From Octopus bimaculoides (lineage: Eukaryota), in assembly GCF_001194135.2 (NCBI RefSeq), contig NC_068984.1, positions 16,124,295 to 16,188,294 of the forward strand: a DNA stretch of 64,000 bases, in the 5' to 3' direction. Below, piece after piece: positions 59,704 to 64,000 of this stretch. The notes below the pieces were generated by a model that was not told the origin of the DNA, made no database searches, and was given only the letters and a program-made list of their open reading frames with translations. The position numbers and the translations under genes were made by a program. Position 1 is the first letter of the stretch. Every line of letters starts with the position of its first letter.

Positions 59704-61064
59704 ATGTATTGTGAAATTTATTTCTTACCAAATTCAAAACCAATTATATGGAGAAATCTTTATGGTGTCGCACGAGCTGCAAGGTTTGAAATGTGTGCCT
59801 ATGTGTGCAAGCATGTGGACACACCTCAGGTCTGTTAGCAATTGAATCTATGTGAGATTATCAAAGAATAAATAGTAGCACTACCTTTATAATAATCTGT
59901 AATACCACAAATTAGTCCCTTGTGGTTTTCTTCATATTATATGAAAAAACATCAACAAAAACAGAAGCATATTTGTTCGTTTACTGTTTATAATCGTTAT
60001 ACATCTATTATTACGAGTGTTTGGTTAAAAAGAAAAACAACGTGTTAAATGAATGATAAAACATGGAAAAACAATTTTCGTTCCCAGACTACAGACGTTG
60101 TCCTGAGCATTATAAATGGTTGCTAGAGCGTGCTTTTTGCGCTTCAAGCAGATCAATTTGTGATAAGCGTGACATGATTCACAATCAGCGTACCGTGTTA
60201 TCTTTGATCAATGTTAAATAAATCAGTGATAAAGAAAGATGGGTGTTTATCTTGCATTAAGTATGCCGTTCTTCTTTAACATATCAAGATGTTATTATAT
60301 TATGTTTTCAATTTTTATTTTAGCTTTTGAGGGAATAAATCTTTTCCCAATTTGCACTCTACATTTCTATTTCACGCAATATTACGATCAAAAAGAATGG
60401 TTTGTATTTGATCAACATTCTCCTATTCTTTCTCATGAACGGAAACATAGGCTGCGTAACTTAATCACTGAACAAGGAACAAATCTACCAGATAAACATA
60501 ACATAATTGGAATAAAAAAAATAAAGAAGCTTTTGCGACAGTTAATGAGTATATCGACGGTTTCATGGGTATTTGTGGGTTTTTTTGTTGGAATAGATCA
60601 GCACATCCTGTGGAATAGATCTTCCATGCTGTGGTACTTGCGATTACAAATCACCTTTTTGGTTTCTGAAGCTTACACACGTTTTGTGAGTTTTGATCAA
60701 GCAGTAACAAATATTTGAAATGAAGTTAAGATTCTGGACATACTTTCAAATAAAGCTTTCGTTCAACAACTACGGACATAAACAAAACATAACAGGCACT
60801 CCATCGATTACGATGGTAAAGGTTCCAGTTGATCCAATCAACGGAACAGCCTCCTTGGGAAATTAACAGGCAAGTGGTGAGCACCCCACAGACACAGGGA
60901 CCCTTAATTTAACTCTCAGGGAGATTCTGTCTGACACAGAATTACAACTCATTTCTTTTTTTTTTCCAGCAGTTCGAATACTCTAAGCCACGCGCATTCA
61001 CTAAACAAGCACACACACACACAGACACACACAGACACAGACACAGACACAGACAGACAGACAG

Positions 61065-61095
<31 letters not shown>

Positions 61096-61360
61096 TTAGT
61101 TAAATAAGAGTTGGGTAAGAACTTTGATGGATGATAGTGATTACGCAATATGCTAATNNNNNNNNNNNNNNNNNNNNNNNNNNNNNNNNNNNNNNNNNNN
61201 NNNNNNNNNNNNNNNNNNNNNNNNNNNNNNNNNNNNNNNNNNNNNNNNNNNNNNNNNNNNNNNNNNNNNNNNNNNNNNNNNNNNNNNNNNNNNNNNNNNN
61301 NNNNNNNNNNNNNNNNNNNNNNATGGATGTATTAGTATAACGCTCGGGAATAGAGAAAGT

Positions 61361-61396
61361 CTTTAACGTTTCGAGCCTACGCTCTTCAACTGAAAG
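61361..61396 (-). ncRNA. Variant minimal hammerhead-like motif, copy 3 (core mutated to CAGUUGA)
   Basis: CTTT-CAGTTGA-A-GAGC(GTAG)GCTC-GAAA-CG-TT-AAAG. Confidence 0.45.
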
Positions 61397-62529
61397 GAAC
61401 ACAGAAAGAAACAAGGAGAGAAACAAGGAGAGAAAGAAAATATATATGTAGTGGTCAGTGATCTATCATGGCGAATGCCGGACAGAAGGATCACACAGGA
61501 GAGTTAAGAAGAAGGGGAGATAACAAAAAAGTAGTGATCCCAAAACGAAGGTGCGTGTGATATATATATACACGCAGACAAACAGACAGACAGACACACA
61601 CACACACACACACACACGCATTAGTTAAATAAGAGTTGGGTAAGAACTTTGATGGATGATAGTGATTACGCAATATGCTAATTATATCATTTCCCCAATG
61701 TTCTACGGGCGTAACGATGCGTGGAAACAATTGTAGTGATGTAAAATAAAGAATATCGTTCTTTCTCATTTAGATAAAGAATATCTCTCTCTTTCTTTCT
61801 CTCTCTTTCTTTCTCTCTCTTTCTTTCTCTTACTTTCCTTCTATCTTTCTTTCTTTCTCTTTCTTTCTTTCTCTCTCTCTCTCTCTCCCACTCTCTCTCC
61901 CACACGTATGTACGATGGGCTTCGCTTCAGGTACCGTCTACCAAATTCACACTCATGACTTCGGTATCCTGAGTCTCTACTAGAAGACGCTTGTCTTCGG
62001 TATCACAACAGAACTGAACCCAAAACCAGGTGGCTTCGGAAGTGATCTTATTAACCACAAAACTCATAATTGCACTTCATCTACTTAGTAATAACTAACC
62101 AAGTCGGTAGATCATCCAAGCAAAAGAAGGTAAATGTAATTTAAAAGTAGAGCCTCTGACTGACGTTGCGGTTATAATCTTTCAACAAGGGAAAACTCAA
62201 CTCATAAGATAATCTATATAAACATAGTCTGATCAAGAAGTAACCGGACTGTTGCCTAGTAACGAAGCTAAAGCACGCAAAGTGAAGCCACTCGGCAAAG
62301 ATTGACCGTAAACTCTGCTGTGCATGCGCACTGAGTTTTAACGTTCTAGCTCGCAAGGCACTGGTCGACTCAGAGATAGTAGAAGACTTGACTAAGATGC
62401 TGCGCAATGGGACTGAACCCAAAATCAAAGCGAGCTTCATACCTGCGCTTTGTAGTAGTTTTTATATTACTTCTTCTTATGTTTTAGCTTTTAGATATTC
62501 TCCATCTCAACCGATATTCTTTTATTCTT

Positions 62530-62679
62530 TTATTCTTTTATTTGTTTCAGTCATTTTAGTGGACTTATTCTTTGTAAACCTAGTACTTATTCTATCGGTC
62601 TTTTTTACCGAACCGTCAAGTTATGGGGATGTTAACACACCAGGATCGGTTGTCAAGCGATGTTGGGGGAACAAGCACA

Positions 62680-62722
<43 letters not shown>

Positions 62723-62880
62723 CGAGATTCTTTCTGTTTCCGTCTACCAAATCCACTCACAAAGCTTTGGTCGGCCTGAGGCTATAGTAGAAGACACTTG
62801 CCCAAGGTGCCATGCAGTGGGACTGAACCCGGAACCATGTGGTTGGTACGCAAGCTACTTACCACACACCTCCTCCTGTG
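62530..62880 (-). mobile_element. SINE family B (tRNA head, CORE-like ACCTTGGGCAAGT, internal microsatellite). Other copies at about 6590-6900, 9590-9960, 13230-13520, 18670-19250, 21425-21610, 25420-25770, 27250-28060, 29890-30170, 42160-42490, 49500-49615, 58735-58900, 61900-62060
   Basis: Shared GGAGTGGCTGTGTGGTAAG...GGTTCAGTCC...GGCACCTTGGGCAAGTGTCTTCTACTATAGCC and GACTGAAACAAGT 3' end. Confidence 0.85.
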
Positions 62881-63914
62881 CCATATTTTTTAATTATTTT
62901 TATAGAATGCATACACGACATTCAAAAACATCTCAGCCATATTAAATCCGCCTATTTCACCAATAATCTTTTTAAACTGCAGACCGCAGTTTAATAATAA
63001 AGTCTCGTTATTAAATTCAAATCCTTTAAGGTGACGTAAATCAAGTTATTGATGTTACTAACCAATATATTTACATGGTCGCTAGGAAATAGCTACGATA
63101 AATAAATCTGATAATCTCGCTAGAAAAATATTGTTGAAATATTGCAATGTCTAAAGGTTAGGAACTTGTGATTCAAGAGTTCATGTTTTGTCAATATAAC
63201 GAGGAAGAATTAGAAAAGAAAAAACTGTGATAGTTGAAACACAACACAAACACACAAAGAGCAATCTATGAAGTTTTTTTGTTTTTTTTTCTATATCTTT
63301 GCTCTCGTATTTTCACAAACTTAAACTTTTTAATTTACATTATTTACATTATATACATTCTGTCCACGTCCTTCCGTCTGATTTGGAGTACCTGATTCAT
63401 GGATGTCTCACTCTACCCTTGGACTACGTTACCACAAAATCCATTTGGAGTACGTCATTTCTGCACCTTTTGATTGTGACTATATATGTATATATATATA
63501 TATATAACTTACTTGGAAATGGATGCGTGGCGTTCAATCATATAATAATATAAAAATATATATATATATATGCATACATATATGTACATACATACATATA
63601 TATGTATATAACGTGCATATATGGGTACAGGGTACCACAGAACATAAACAACACGAAATACGAAGCACAACGTAAAATACGAGATACGACAACATGGAAT
63701 ACGAACAACGAAAGAAACAAATGGAAAACAAGACAAGCAACGTAAAAAAACGAGCCTTCATCAGTTGTCGGCTGTTTTACTACTTCGTATTTCGAATATA
63801 TATATATATATATATATATATATGGGAGAATATACAAAAAATAACAACAGACGAGGACAGGTGGTGTAAATAACAAAAGTATATATTAGTATGACGCTCG
63901 GGAATACGGAAAGT

Positions 63915-63949
63915 CTTTGACGTTTCGAGCTACGCTCTTCAACAGAAAG
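63915..63949 (-). ncRNA. Variant minimal hammerhead-like motif (CUGUUGA core), copy 4
   Basis: CTTT-CTGTTGA-A-GAGC(GTA)GCTC-GAAA-CG-TC-AAAG. Confidence 0.55.
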
Positions 63950-64000
63950 AATACGGAGACAAGGAGAAAAACACGGAGAAAAAAAATTGAATAGTGTTCA

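Noticed and set aside
60950-61681. Duplicated ~70-bp unique sequence plus microsatellite on both sides of a gap
   Set aside because: Most likely a contig-end overlap artefact at the N-gap.
63750-63800. CTGATGA-containing hammerhead-like fragment
   Set aside because: No correctly placed GAAA or stems II/III for type I, II or III topology.

Overview
AT-rich, microsatellite- and repeat-dense animal genomic DNA with many N-gaps. The SINE families and (GAT)n/(CA)n/(TA)n landscape suggest an octopus or other cephalopod draft assembly (inference). The ORF track is almost all low-complexity noise. The main feature was reconstructed by hand: a minus-strand, multi-exon gene of at least 16 coding exons (35647 down to 3239, no stop codon reached, so it probably continues past position 1). 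All junctions are GT-AG and phase-compatible, giving 570 codons and at least six tandem cupredoxin-like domains that lack the canonical type-1 copper Cys/His/Met ligands. One phase 0-0 exon is probably hidden in the gap at 34106-34785. I do not recognise the gene by name. The rest is transposon-derived: several SINE families, CR1/L2- and RTE-type LINE relics, three mariner relics, several MITEs and palindromes, and a Penelope GIY-YIG relic. Two short repeat families carry minimal hammerhead-ribozyme motifs. One is canonical, flanked by a 13-bp TSD and lies in sense orientation in an intron of the gene. The other has four copies with a variant U6 core. Coordinates of decayed repeats are approximate.
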